Shown here: positions 36,934-49,099 of the stretch, one piece after another
Layout: every line of letters starts with the position of its first letter
Numbering within the stretch: the stretch's first letter is position 1
Assembly: GCF_004010195.1 (NCBI RefSeq)
Contig: NC_057719.1
Span: 4,265,865-4,329,864 of the forward strand
Direction of reading: 5' to 3'
DNA from: Chiloscyllium plagiosum
Lineage: Eukaryota
DNA length: 64,000 nucleotides
Program-made: the position numbers and the translations under genes
Notes under the pieces: generated by a model
Database searches by the model: none
Told to the model about the DNA's origin: nothing
Seen by the model: only the letters and a program-made list of their open reading frames with translations

Positions 36934-37232
36934 ATTAGATTAGATTAGATTCCCTACAGTGTGGAAACAGGCCCTTCAGCCCACCAAGTCCACACCGACC
37001 CTCTGAAGAGCAACCCACCCAGACCCATTTCCCTCTGAATGATGCACCTAATACTACGGGCAATTTAGCATGGCTAATCCACTTGACCTGCACATCTTTA
37101 TGACTGTGGGAGGAAACTGGAGCTCCCGGAGGAAGCCCACGCAGACACGGGGAGAATGTGCAAACTCCACTTGAACCCAGGTCCCTGGTGCTGTGAGGCA
37201 GCAGTGCTAACCAGTGAGCCACCGCGCAGCCA
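36934..37232 (-). mobile_element. HE1-type SINE
   Basis: (ATTAG)n tail, V-domain, tRNA head. Confidence 0.9.
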
Positions 37233-38504
37233 AATAATCCCATTGGAAATGGTTTAAAGATCAAGTCATGTAGTTTGGTGCATTAAAAAGCATTGTTTCA
37301 GGACACTGGAAGAATAATATCACAAACTGAGACTGAGACCTGGTTCCCAACACTTCCTCATTGGCTGTAATGCACCTTGTAATGATCACGAGAAAACACT
37401 ACGTAAATGCAAGTCTTTCCATCTGAAATGAAGCTTGCTCCTACAACACAGCCCTCATCGACTGCAGTCTAAACCCTGCCCTCAATTGCCATTTGAATCC
37501 ACGTTCTATGCAGACGACACTATCTGAATCATTGAGCTAAGTTGACACTACTGAGGAATAGTCACTGGGTCAAAGGCACAGCAAGAGCCAACACCTTCTT
37601 CTTCAATAGGAAGTGCTTAGAGAGAAATGGGCCAAGTGCTGGCAAATGAGACTGGATTAATTTAGGATATCTGGTCGGTGTGGATGAATTGGACCAATGG
37701 ATCTGCTTCCATACTGTACAGCTCTATGTCTCTAAAACATAACAGAACTAGTATAAGAAGGAAGATATGTATCGTGACCTATAGTGGTGTGTCCCTTTAA
37801 GAAACACGCCTGGCCTGTCCTGGATTGACATTCCGATAACCTCCTGGTCCCCAATCAGGGTAATTTGGGCTCTGCTTTCATCTGTTATTATCTTGATTTT
37901 CGTTTTTATTAAAACCATAATATATTATATAAAAAAATTACCGATGATTGGGAGCAAGCAGCAAGAATGTAACATAATCTCTTGGTGTAGATGACAGCCA
38001 TTAACCAATTGAGCTTCAGACCTTGTGATTTGCGATATCATCTAAATTCTTCAATTAAATCAAACTTTCATTATTTAATCTTCATCAGCCCAGTTCTGCT
38101 GGAACCGAGCAGCCTTTGCACTCCACCTCCCCCCGCTCCCCCTTTCATTTTCTTTAGTCCCCAGATGGTTTATTATTTTATACGTTTACTTTGGGACCTT
38201 GCTGTGCACAAATTACCTGCCTGATTTCCTGCATTTCAATGGTGACTTGCACTTCAAAATTCATCTTTGGGATCTCCTGTGGTCACGACAGAAGAGCAAA
38301 TCCTTTCTTTCGAAAATGTAATTTGTTCACAGCTTTGCCCACTCACTGGGCAGTTCCTTTATTGCACCAGTGAACCAGGTTCCTTTAGCTGAAGGTGTCT
38401 TTGAAATGTAGGATAGACTGAGAAATATTCACTCAGTATCAATGCTTCTACTGCAGTGACATCATTATAAATGTAGCCAAAATCTAGCCTAAGCGTGTAT
38501 TTAA

Positions 38505-38728
38505 GCATGTCCAAAGATGTGTACGTTAAGGTGGATTGGCCATGCTAAATTGTCAATATAGTTCAGGAATGTGTAAGCTAGATGTTGTAGCCATGGGGAA
38601 TGCAGAGTTACGGACATAGGCTGGGGACCTGGGTCTGGTTGGGATGCTCTTCAGATGGTCAGCGCAGGCTTGATGGGCCGAATGACCTCTTTCTGCACTG
38701 TAGGGATTCTATGATTCGCTGATTCTAT
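38505..38728 (+). mobile_element. HE1-type SINE 3' half
   Basis: CCAAAGATGTG...GGATTGGCCATGCTAAATTG...GGGATTCTATGATT. Confidence 0.75.
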
Positions 38729-40317
38729 GAGGGTGGATTGGAATTCACTCCCAGGAAATTTGCACCATGCCTTTTATGAACATACAAGTGATTACAAATA
38801 GACACGACCCTAATGATTCATTCAGCCTGCCATCAATCAGTTGCAGTAACTTATGAGTCAGAGTAGCAGCTCGCCCTAAGCGAGCTCTGGGTTCTCCTAC
38901 ATAGGGGAAATTTCCTTCCATGTGAACCCAGTCCAGCAGAGTACCTGGTCCCTGTGTACTCTGGGTGTTCTCCACTACTGCTCAACACAAGGTCTACCTC
39001 TTGCTTAAAGGAATCCAATAAAGTTGCAGCTACCACCAGAGCCTGACTTTAGGTAGTTATTTTCTCTCTGGGTCTCCACCCCCACATTCCCTTCTGTTCC
39101 CTTCATTCAGAGAGAACTTCACTTAGAGAAGTGCTGTTGCTGTTCAATCTTTCTCTTGATGGATCTCAATTTTTAAAAAAATTCACTCATGTGCCATCGT
39201 TGGCTGGGTCAGCATTTATTGCCCATCCCTAGCTGCCCCTTGAGAAGGTGGGGGTGAGCTGCCTTCTTGAACCACTGCAGTCCATGCACTGTGGGTTGAC
39301 CCACAATGCCCTTCGGGAGGGGATTCCAGAATTCTGACCTAGCGACAGGGAAGGAACGGCAATATATTTCCAAGTCAGGATGATGAGTGGCTTGGAGGGG
39401 AACTTCCAGGGGGTGGTGTTCCCATGTATCTACTGCCCTTGTCCTTCTAGATAGAAGTGGTCGTGGGTTTGGAAGGTGCTGTCTAAGGATCTTTGGTGAA
39501 TTTCTGCAGTGCATCTTGTAGGTAGTACACACTGCTGCTACTGAGCGTCAGGGATGGAGGGAGTAGATGTTTATGGATATAATATCAATCAAGTGGCTGC
39601 TTTGTCCTGGATGGTGTCATGTTTCTTGAGAGCAGTCATCTAAGCAAGCATTCCATCACACTCCAGACATATGCCTTGTAGATGGTGGACAGGCTTTGGG
39701 AAATTAGGAGGTGATGTGGCACTGTATTCCTAGCCTCTGACCCACTTTTCTAACCACTGTGTTTATGTGGTGTGTCCGGTTGAGTTTCTGGTCAATGGTA
39801 ACCTCTAGGATGTTGATAATGTGTGATTCAGTGATGGTAATATCAATGAATGTCAAGCGCAGTAGTTAGATTGTCTCTTATTGTCTCTCTCGTTTCCTGG
39901 TATTTGTGTGACGTGAATGTTGCTTACCATTTGTAAGCAACAAAAGCCTGGATGTTGTGCAGGTCCTCAACATGGTCTGTGTCAGTATCTGAGGAGTTGT
40001 GAATGGTGCTGAATATTGTACAATCATCAGTGAATATCCCAACCGAACATCAAAGATTATTGCTGAAGCAGCTGAAGATGGTTGAGTATAGGACATTACC
40101 CTGAGGAACTCCTGCAGAAATGTCCTGGAGATGAGATGACTGACCTCCAACAACCACAGTCATCTTCCTATGTATCAGGTAGGAGTCTAAGCAGCAGAGA
40201 GCTTGCCCCCTGCTACTTATTATTGACTCCAGTTTTGCTGGGGTTCTTTGAAGCCACACTCAGTCAAATGTGGCTTTGATGTCAATGGCTTTCACTCTCC
40301 ACTCCCCTTTGGAATTT

Positions 40318-40630
40318 AGTCATAGAGCCATAGAGATGTACAGCATGGAAACAGACCCTTCGGTCCAATCCATCCATGACGACCAGATATCCCAACCCAA
40401 TCTGATCCCACCTGCCAGCAACCGGCCCATATCCCTCCAAACCCTTCCTATTCATATACCCATCCAAATNNNNNNNNNNNNNNNNNNNNNNNNNNNNNNN
40501 NNNNNNNNNNNNNNNNNNNNNNNNNNNNNNNNNNNNNNNNNNNNNNNNNNNNNNNNNNNNNNNCCTTTCAAGTTTCACAACATCTTTCCAATAGGAAGGA
40601 GACCAGAATTGCACGCAATATTCCAACAGT
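40318..40630 (-). mobile_element. CR1 3' fragment nested in LINE B (contains N gap 40470-40563)
   Basis: EYCVQFWSPSY; CR1 3'UTR. Confidence 0.88.
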
Positions 40631-42224
40631 GGCTGAAGCAAGGCTGTAATGAGGTCAGGAGCTGAGTGGCCCTAGCGGAACCCAAACTGGATGTCACTGC
40701 TTGGGTTATTGCTGAGCAGGTGCTGCTGGATAGCACTATTGATGATCCCTTCCATCATTATATTGATGATCAAGAGTAGACTGATGGGGTGGTAATTGGC
40801 TGGGTTGAATCTCTCCTGCTTTTTGTGTACAGGACATACTTAGACAATTTTCCACATTGTTGGGTAGATGCCAGTGTTGTAACTATATTGGAAGAGCTTG
40901 GCTAGGGGAGCTTCAAATTCTGGAGCACAGATCTTCAGTACTATTGCTGGAATGTTATCAGGGCCCATTGCCTTTGCAGAATCCAGAGTGCTCAACTATT
41001 TCTTGATATCATGTGGAACTGTTCAAGACTGGCATCTGTGATGCTGGGGACTATTGGAGGAGACCAAGATGGATCATCCACTTGGCACTTCTAGCTGAAG
41101 ATTGCACTGATGTGTTGGGCTCTTCCATCATTGAGGATGGGGACATTTGTGGAGCCTCCTCCTCCAGTGAATTGTTTAATTGACCACCATTCATGACTGG
41201 ATGTGGCAGGACTTCAGAACTTAGATCGGATGCATTGGTTATGGGATTGCTTAGCTCTGTCTATCACTTACTGTTTATCCTGTTGGGTATGCAAGTAATC
41301 CTGTTTGATGGCTTCACCAGCTTGATGCCTCATCTTCAGGTATACCTGGTGCTGCTCCTGGCATGCCCACCTGCACAGTCCATTGAACCAGGGTTGATCC
41401 CCTGGCTCGATGGTAATGGTTGAGTGGGGGATGCTGGGCCATGAGGTTCCAGATTGTGCTGGAGTACAATTCTGCTGCTACTGATGGCCCACAGTGCCTC
41501 ATGGATACCTAGACTTGAGGTGCGCAATCTGTTTAAAGTCTGTCCCATTTAGCGCGGTGATAGTGCCACACAACACAATGGATGTTATTCTCAATGTGAA
41601 GGCGGGAATTTGTCTCCACAAGGACTGTGCGGTGGTCACTCTTACTGATACTATCATGGACAGCTTCTGCAGCTTGCAGATTGGTAAGGATGAGGTGAGG
41701 TATGTTTTTCCCTATTGTTGGTTCTCTCACCATCTGCCGCAGACCCAGTTTTGCAGCTATGTCCTTTAGGACCTGACCAGCTCAATCAGTAGCACTGCTG
41801 CCAAGCCACTCTTGTTGAGGAGCAACACCCACAGTACATTCTGTGCCCTTGCCATCCTCAGCGCTTCCTCCAAATGCTGTTCAAAATGGAAGAGTACTGA
41901 GTCATCAGCTGAGGGAGGACGGTACATGGTAATCTGCAGGAGGTTTCCTTGCCCATGTTTAACCTGAAGCCATGAGACATCATGGGGTCAGAAGTCAATG
42001 TTGGGGACTCCCAGAGCACCTCCCTCACTACAGTATCCTATTGTGCCTCCACCTCTGCCGGTGGGGCAGGATATATCCAGGGATGGCGATGGCGGTGTCT
42101 GGGACACTGTAAGTTATGATATTGTGAGTATGACTATGTCAGGCTGTTCCTTGACTCATCTGTGAGACAGCTCACCCAATGTTGGTACCAGCCCCCAGTG
42201 TTTGTGAGGAGGACTTTACAGGAT

Positions 42225-42870
42225 TGTTATGAACCAGAGTGAACCCCCTCAAAATATGTTCAGAAGATGGTCTAGACCCTAACAGTTTCTTATTTTCCAG
42301 GCAAGTGCAAGATGTTGTGTTCCCGATGCAATTCGATTGGTCAAATTACCAGATTTGAAGCAAAAGCACACTTTATTCATACACTCTTGGTAAAATACAC
42401 CAAACAAAAGAAGAAATTGGAATAATTAAATCCATTGGAAAACATAATAGAATAACAGGTTATTTAGTTACTAAACAGTAACAGTTCCAATACACTAACA
42501 TCCCATAAACACGCCCTTGGCAAAGGCAAATTCAGTAAAATAGATTGTCCCAAAAGCAATTCTAGCAGCAGGAAGAGAACCCCAGCTTTTAGATACAACC
42601 AAGATTGCAATAACAGCTTCCAAATCCTGCTTCAAGACTCTAGCAACAACTGCTACTGATAAACTAAAACTAAAAATCCTGGTTCTGTGGGAGCTTAACC
42701 CCACCCGTACAGGCTGCTTCTATTGTTCCAACTTTAAAATAAACCCTCAGGCCTCACAAACTATTTACTTTATTGGCTCTTAGTAGATCGCTTGATTCCT
42801 CTGACTCAACCTTTCTTCATTAAAAACAACCTGGACAAAACACACCTCTTAAGGCCATTGTATCATCACA
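42225..42870 (-). mobile_element. Solo LTR, same family as 9926-10561, inserted in LINE B
   Basis: TGTTAT...ATCACA termini; near TSD GGAT/GGAC; minus-strand AATAAA. Confidence 0.82.
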
Positions 42871-43569
42871 GGACTGCCAAGGCTGTTTCTGCCATTATCT
42901 TTTCCAGTGCCTACGTCGATGCCAGGTGGTCCAACTGGTTTCATTTCTTTTGTTAAGACTTTGTAGTGATTGATACAACAGAGTGGCTTTCATTGCCATT
43001 TCAGAGGGTAGGTGAGAGTCAATTGCATTGCTGTGGATCTGGAGCCACATGGAGGTGAGACCAGATAAGGATGGCATATTTCCTTCCTTGTAGGACATTA
43101 GTGAGCCAGATGTGTTTTTCCAACAATGACAATGGTTCCATCATTACCCTTAATGTCAGATTATTTTCTTATTGGATTCAAATTCCACCAATCTACCATT
43201 CCACTTCACCTTGGGTCCCTAGAACATTCGCTGTTTTTTTTGGATTAAAAGTCTGGTGATAATACCAGTAGGCCCAGTAGGGCCTCCCTGATTGTGATCT
43301 TCTATTATCCTGATTCATTTGCCTATTCACTGAGTTCCTTTGAATGTACACCACAACCATTCAGCCCTAACGGTTTGCACCAGGGTTTCTACTTCCCTGT
43401 AGCTTCCTCCTGCCTTCCTTCACCTGACCCAGTCAGCAGAACCTTCTGCTACTGAATGCTAAGTCCTGGTTTGAACCCAGAGAGTATAAATAATTGACAG
43501 GCAACTCATGAGGCCATTTAAAGACTCAACCCCAGGCCTGAAATCCATCCAAACCCAATGTCAATGACA

Positions 43570-44255
43570 TGGTGGAGTGCTGCACTATTGGAAGGTCAAT
43601 GCTGACAGACTGCTGGACTGTTGGAGGGACAGTGCTAAGGGAGTGCCGCACTGTCGGAGGGTCACTGCTGAGGGAGTGTCGCACTGTCGGAGGGTCAGTA
43701 CGGAGGGAGTGTCGCACTGTCGGAGGGTCAGTACTGAGGGAGTGCTGCACTGTCAGAGGGTCAGTAATGAGGGAGTGCCGTTCTGTCAGAGTGCCAGTAC
43801 TGAGGGAGTGCCGCACTGTCAAAGGGTCAGTGCTGAGGAAGTGTCGCACTGTCGGAGGGTCGGTGCTGAGGGAGTGCTGCACTGTTGGACTGTCAGTACT
43901 GAGGGAGCAGGCACTGTCAGAGGGCCAGTACTGAAGGAGTGCTGCACTGTCAGATGTACAGTTGTGCTGTACCATTGGGGCCTCCAATCCTTTGAATGAA
44001 ATCATTAAACCAAAGCCAAGGTGCTGTCTGAGAGAGAGCTGGGATAGTTTTCCTGTTCCCCTGGCCAACAGTTCTCCCTTTACCAAGTATCAGATTAACC
44101 GGTCATGCATTTAATTTGCTATTGAGGGATTTTGCTGGGAATTTTCCTGTCTTGTTTGCCAGCATAGCAACAGTCGGTGCACTTTAAAAATAACTAATTG
44201 AAGCTGAAGTGCTCTGAGACGTCCTAAGGTGCAAGATAAAGCCAAATTCTTTCAT
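43570..44255 (+). mobile_element. Deu-domain SINE (SacSINE1/AmnSINE1-like) with a 33-bp internal tandem array
   Basis: About 11 copies of GAGGGAGTGCCGCACTGTCGGAGGGTCAGTACT (43575-43955), then Deu body and L2-type tail. Confidence 0.75.
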
Positions 44256-44889
44256 CTAGTACTGGGCTCATTCTCCAAGTAAAACAGCCCATTGGGGAAT
44301 GGGCAGTAGCATTTACAATTGCTTCGATGTATTTGACTGACCAGTGTTGCCAAATGAGTTAGTTTTCCTTACTCTGACTGTAGTGAAAGACATTGTTTTG
44401 CTGATATCACTAGACTGTCCCTGGCGCCTTTGCTCAGTATGGACATGTTTTCCATTACAAAACTCAGTTCAGAGTAATGAATGCTGAGAAAGCCAAAGCA
44501 GACAGAGCGAAAATAAAAGGATCTCTGATTGTGCAGAATACTGTAAGATCTTTTGAATCCTGCCCCAGAGAATGAAATTCATTGTTCATTTTCCCTTCCC
44601 AGCTCTTTCCCCTTCTCCTGATCTAATATTCCAACCACCACACAGCTCTCTCTGGGTTATAGCATGAAGCATTTTCACAGGCTGAGCAAGGAAAGATCAG
44701 CTCCCCTCGCTGTCATGCTAATGTCGATGAGGACTTAGATATTACTAACAGAACGACAACAAAAGTTCAACAAATGGTCCCAACACATGTTAATGCTCCG
44801 AGCCCTTAACCACTGGCAATAGTTGAGGCAAGGTCCATCATTTGAAAGACAGTGCGAAAAATGTTGATTGAGAGAAAAATACAGGATTC

Positions 44890-45510
44890 TCATGCAGTGC
44901 GATTAGTTTGAGGATTGATACAGGGCGGTGGGGAAAGAGCCGGGCAATGTGATTAGTTTGAGGATTGATTCAGGGCTATGGGGAGAGCGCGGGGAAATTG
45001 GATTAGTTTGGGGATTGTTACAGGGCTATGGGGAGAGCGCGGGGAAATTGGATTAGTTTGGGGATTGGTACAGGGCTATGGGGAGAGAGCAAGACAATGG
45101 GATTAGTTAGGGGATTGATACAGAGCTATGGGGAGAGCACGGGACACTGGAATTAGTTAAGAGATTGGTACAGGGCTATGGGGAGAGCACGGGACAGTTC
45201 GATTAGTTAGGGGTTTGATACAGAGCTATGGGGAGAGCACGGGGCAGTGGGATTAATTTAGGGATTGATACAGAGCTATGGAGAGAGCACAGGGCACTGG
45301 GATTAGCTAGGGGTTTGGTACAGAGCTGTGGGGAGAGCAAGGGGCAGTGGGATTAATTTAGGGATTGATACAGAGCTATGGGGAGAGCACGGGGCACTGG
45401 GATTAGTTAGGGGTTTGGTACAGGGCTATGGGGAGAGCAAGGGGTAGTGGGATTAGTTAGGGGTTTGGTACAGGGCTATGGGTATTGCGCAGGGCAGTGA
45501 GATTAATTTA
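44890..45510. repeat. 50-bp minisatellite (~12 copies) derived from a CR1 3'UTR
   Basis: Unit GGGATTGATACAGAGCTATGGGGAGAGCACGGGGCAGTGGGATTAATTTA; CR1-like 3' sequence on both flanks. Confidence 0.85.
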
Positions 45511-46361
45511 TGATCCCTCTGGGGGCAGTCAGTCCAGACCCGATGAGCCGAATCCATCTCCTTAACTCCATCCTGAGGCCCAATCCCCTCTCCAGGCCTT
45601 CAATCAAAGATTTCTGCAATTGAGGCTGTTCAAGGAGATGGAGAAAAGGTGGTTAAATGGTATTAAGTGACAGATCAATCATGATCTGATTGATTCATGG
45701 TACAGGCTTGAGGGGCTGAATGGCCTCCTGTTCCCACGTTACTTGCTGGTGCATTGATCTCGTAAGTGTATTTAACATTCCAGGATCCCACTGGGACAGC
45801 TCAGACTTGGAAGATGTTGGTATTTAAAAAGATTACAAGTGAATATTTGAATCACAGGTTACACTGAACTCATTTTTCATGCTCCCCAGGACCTGTAGCG
45901 ATGGCCAAATGATTGGGCCTGCCCTCCCAGGCAAGCCACAGTAATCAGGCAATCGACATGATTTAGAAATTCAACAAATGTGAGCTAAATAAGCAGAAAC
46001 ACACAGGGCGTAATTATCCCCCGTCCAGATTTAATGGCAGTGGATTTATTTTAATCTGTTTATCTCTCAGCCTGCCAATGTTTACTGATCCTTGACCTTT
46101 CACTTGTGTTACCACAAGCACCAGCATGATCTGAATGCTGGGCGTCCAATTGAAAGCTGTAACCCTTCAAATGCTGAATTTCTTTTGAAACGCACGGTTT
46201 GTTTGCCTGCCGATATGGGGCACCTCGTATTCTCATGGTGTCAGAGGTACATTGCAACATTTCAGTGGCTGCAATGAGGGAAACATTGGCTGTCAAGTTG
46301 TACACAAAGATCCCACAACTAGTAATGAGGTAAATAATCAGGTGGATCTGTCCCTTTGTGG

Positions 46362-46555
46362 TGATGAAGTGGTGGAGGTTGGTACAATTACATTTAAAAT
46401 GCATCTTGATGGGTATATGAATAGGAAGAGTTTAGAGGGATATGGCCCGAGTGGTGGCAAATGGGACTAGATTAATATAGGATATCTGGTCAGCATGGAT
46501 GGGTTAGACCGAATGGTCTGTTTCTGTGCTGTGCATAGCAATGACTCTATGACTC
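46362..46555 (+). mobile_element. CR1 3' tail inserted in a Deu-SINE remnant
   Basis: EVVEVGTITFKMHLDGYMNRK; ATGACTCT tail. Confidence 0.85.
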
Positions 46556-47580
46556 CTACAGATTACAGGGAAATTCCAGAGTAGAAACAGTCTGTTAGTA
46601 AAGTTAACCTCTGTCCTGCTTGAGACTTGAGTTGGAAATATACTCCAGTAATTACTGAAGGAGGGTTGCACTGTCGGAGGTGCAGAGGAGGTGTTGGGCA
46701 GATGCCCTCTTTGCACTCGTTGCTGCATGTAATGATCCCATGGCATAATTTCAAATAAGGAATTCTCTCTGGCATCTGGGCCCATGCTTATCTTTCAACC
46801 ATTAAAAAGAGCAGTGTGACCTTGCAACTTGATTGGCAATGTTTAAATTTTATACAAGGAAGGTGGAAGGAGAAAATGGCTGAACGTCAAACGAAGCAAG
46901 GAATTTGGATTGAAATGTTGTTCTTTGTAGAATAAATCCCACTCTGAGCTGAGTTGAGCTCCCAACTCATCCCCAGTAGCACTTGCAAGGAAACAATCTG
47001 CTCCCTGATGCCCATTTTGGGTTCTGTCAGGATCACCCAGCCCCTGGTCTCATTAATCTAAACATAGACAAAAGAGCAGAATTCCTGAGGGGAGATGAGA
47101 ATGACAGCCCTTGACATCAAGGCCACATTCAACTGAGTGTGACAACAAGGGGCCCTAGCAAAACTGGAATCACTGAGAATCAGGGGCAAACTCCTGGCTG
47201 TGGGAGTCATTCCTGGTACATAGAAAATAGCTTGCAAACTGAGACTTTAAGAAGTCTTGTAACCCAGTGACAATGCTGCTGTGTCTGGGCTGGAAGGTCC
47301 ATGTTCAATTCTTACCTACCTTGAAGATATATCATGACATTTTATTAAGACATTGATTTCATTTTTAAAAAAAGGCAATTATTAAGTGTCTCATGGCACA
47401 GGGTTGGTGTCTCTATCTGTGGGCTTGAAGGTTTGGGCTTCAAGTCCCAGGGAAGTCACTCTGTGACACTGACACTAGGTTGTAACATTCAGAGCCATAC
47501 TCAGGGACATGTTGGGGTGGTATTGATGTAGCTTAGGTAATAGCCCAGAGGCCTGAGCTATCGTTTTGGGGCATACTCAC

Positions 47581-48057
47581 TGAAAAATCTCCACAGAGGC
47601 GGGTATCCCATCACCAAGTCCCTCTTTATTTACACATAGACAGTCCTTGACTTTGAATCAGCTCCCTCAGAGCCAGCTGTCAAAGTGAATAGAGTCCCTG
47701 ACACTCTTGCTTATTATTTTTTCTTTTTTTCTTTTTTTTTCGTTCTGCGGTAGTGTTTATTTTTTTCCCCAGCACCCATGGTGTGTATGTGTGCAGGTGT
47801 GAGACACAGTGAGAGACACAAGGTGTACGAATCTTTATTCAATTTCCACCACCAGAAAGATAGGAAAACACCCGAGTGGCCAGTGACAAGCAGTGCCCTT
47901 CACATCAAAGGGCAGTGCTGGGGATCAAACAGTGAAGGGAAACATTCTTGTTTATATCTGTCAGCCAGAGCTCCCTGATTGGACCAGATTAACAGACCCA
48001 ATCAGGGAACTCAAATTTGATGAGGTCCACCTGGTTGACCTCATTACAATCACTACA
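47581..48057 (-). mobile_element. Solo LTR (second family) with nested polyA element
   Basis: rc TGTAGTG...TTTCA termini; rc TATA-like GATATAAAC and AATAAA; paired CCAAT boxes. Confidence 0.7.
47715..47941 (-). mobile_element. PolyA-tailed retroposon 3' end (L1/Tx1-like)
   Basis: T-run 47717-47740; rc AATAAA; 14-bp TSD ACACTCTTGCTTAT / ACATTCTTGTTTAT (2 mismatches). Confidence 0.7.
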
Positions 48058-48565
48058 CACCCCACTTGCCTGGATGGGTGCAACTCCAACAACACTCAAG
48101 AAGCCTGATACCTTCCAGGTAAGGAGTATGCCCCAAGACCCTAAACCTCTACATTGATAGGCATCAAATCTCAAGCATCCACTCCCCACCACCAACGCTC
48201 AGTAGCAGCAGTGTATGCTATCTATAAGATGCACTGCAGTAATTCACTAAAGATCCTTCAATAGAATCTCTCAATCCCATGATTATTTCTATCTGGAAGC
48301 ACAAGGGCAGCAGATACTTGGGAACACCACCGCCTGAAAGATCCCCTCAGAGCCACTCACCATCCTGACTTGGAAATATATTGCCGTTCCTTCAGTGTCA
48401 CTGGATCAGAATCCTGGAATTCCTTCCCTGAGGGCATTGTGGGTCAACCCACAGCAGGTGGACTGCAGCGGTTTAAGAAGGCGGCTCACCACCACCTTCT
48501 CAAGGAGCAACTAGGGATGGACAATAAATGTTGGCACAGATAGAGATGTCCTAATCCTATGAAGG
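48058..48565 (+). mobile_element. LINE B 3' end, followed directly by a bipartite SINE (48570-48930)
   Basis: AAHHHLLK end and CAACTAGGGATGGACAATAAATG tail; next head GGGGAGGCAGTGGTACC...GGGCTTGAATTCCC. Confidence 0.8.
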
Positions 48566-49099
48566 AAATAGGGGAGGCAGTGGTACCATTGTAATGTCAC
48601 TGGACTAGCAATCCAGACCACCCGAGCTAGTGTTTTGAGGGCATGGGCTTGAATTCCCAGTATGGCAGAAGAAGAGATTAGAATTCAAAAAATAATTGGG
48701 AGTGACTCTGTAACTATTACTAATTGTCATCCAATCCTGTATGGTTCACTAATGCCCTTCAGGGAAGGAAACTGCCGTCCATACCTGGTCTGGTCGACAT
48801 GTGACTCCAGATCCATAGCAATGTGGGTGACTCTTAACTGCCCTCTGAAATAGCCTGACCTCAATAATTATGGGTGGTGAACAAATAAAGAAAACAACAT
48901 GTTTTGCAATGCCCCATTTTATGAATAAAACTAAAAATGAAGACTTATTTCTGGTCTCCTCATTTACCAAGTGACTGTAATAAATTTAATACTTGCTCTA
49001 ATTTTGGATTGTGGTTTCTCTTTCCTCTAATCTTCCCCCTTCCATGCCCTATCCAAGAGACTTTTCCTCACACAGCCAGTGGTTAGTAATAAGGTCATA

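Larger units (their letters stand above)
39170..43290 (-). mobile_element. LINE family B, nearly full length: tRNA-like head, APE, RT, 3' tail; internally deleted and disrupted
   Basis: ORFs 41533 (SDHRTVLV), 40050 (SAGVPQG), 39209 (HLLKGQLG); tail GGGATGGGCAATAAATGCTG; SINE-like head 42990-43290. Confidence 0.8.

Noticed and set aside
43526..44086. ORFs of 121-186 aa with 11-aa repeats
   Set aside because: A 33-bp SINE-derived tandem array open in several frames
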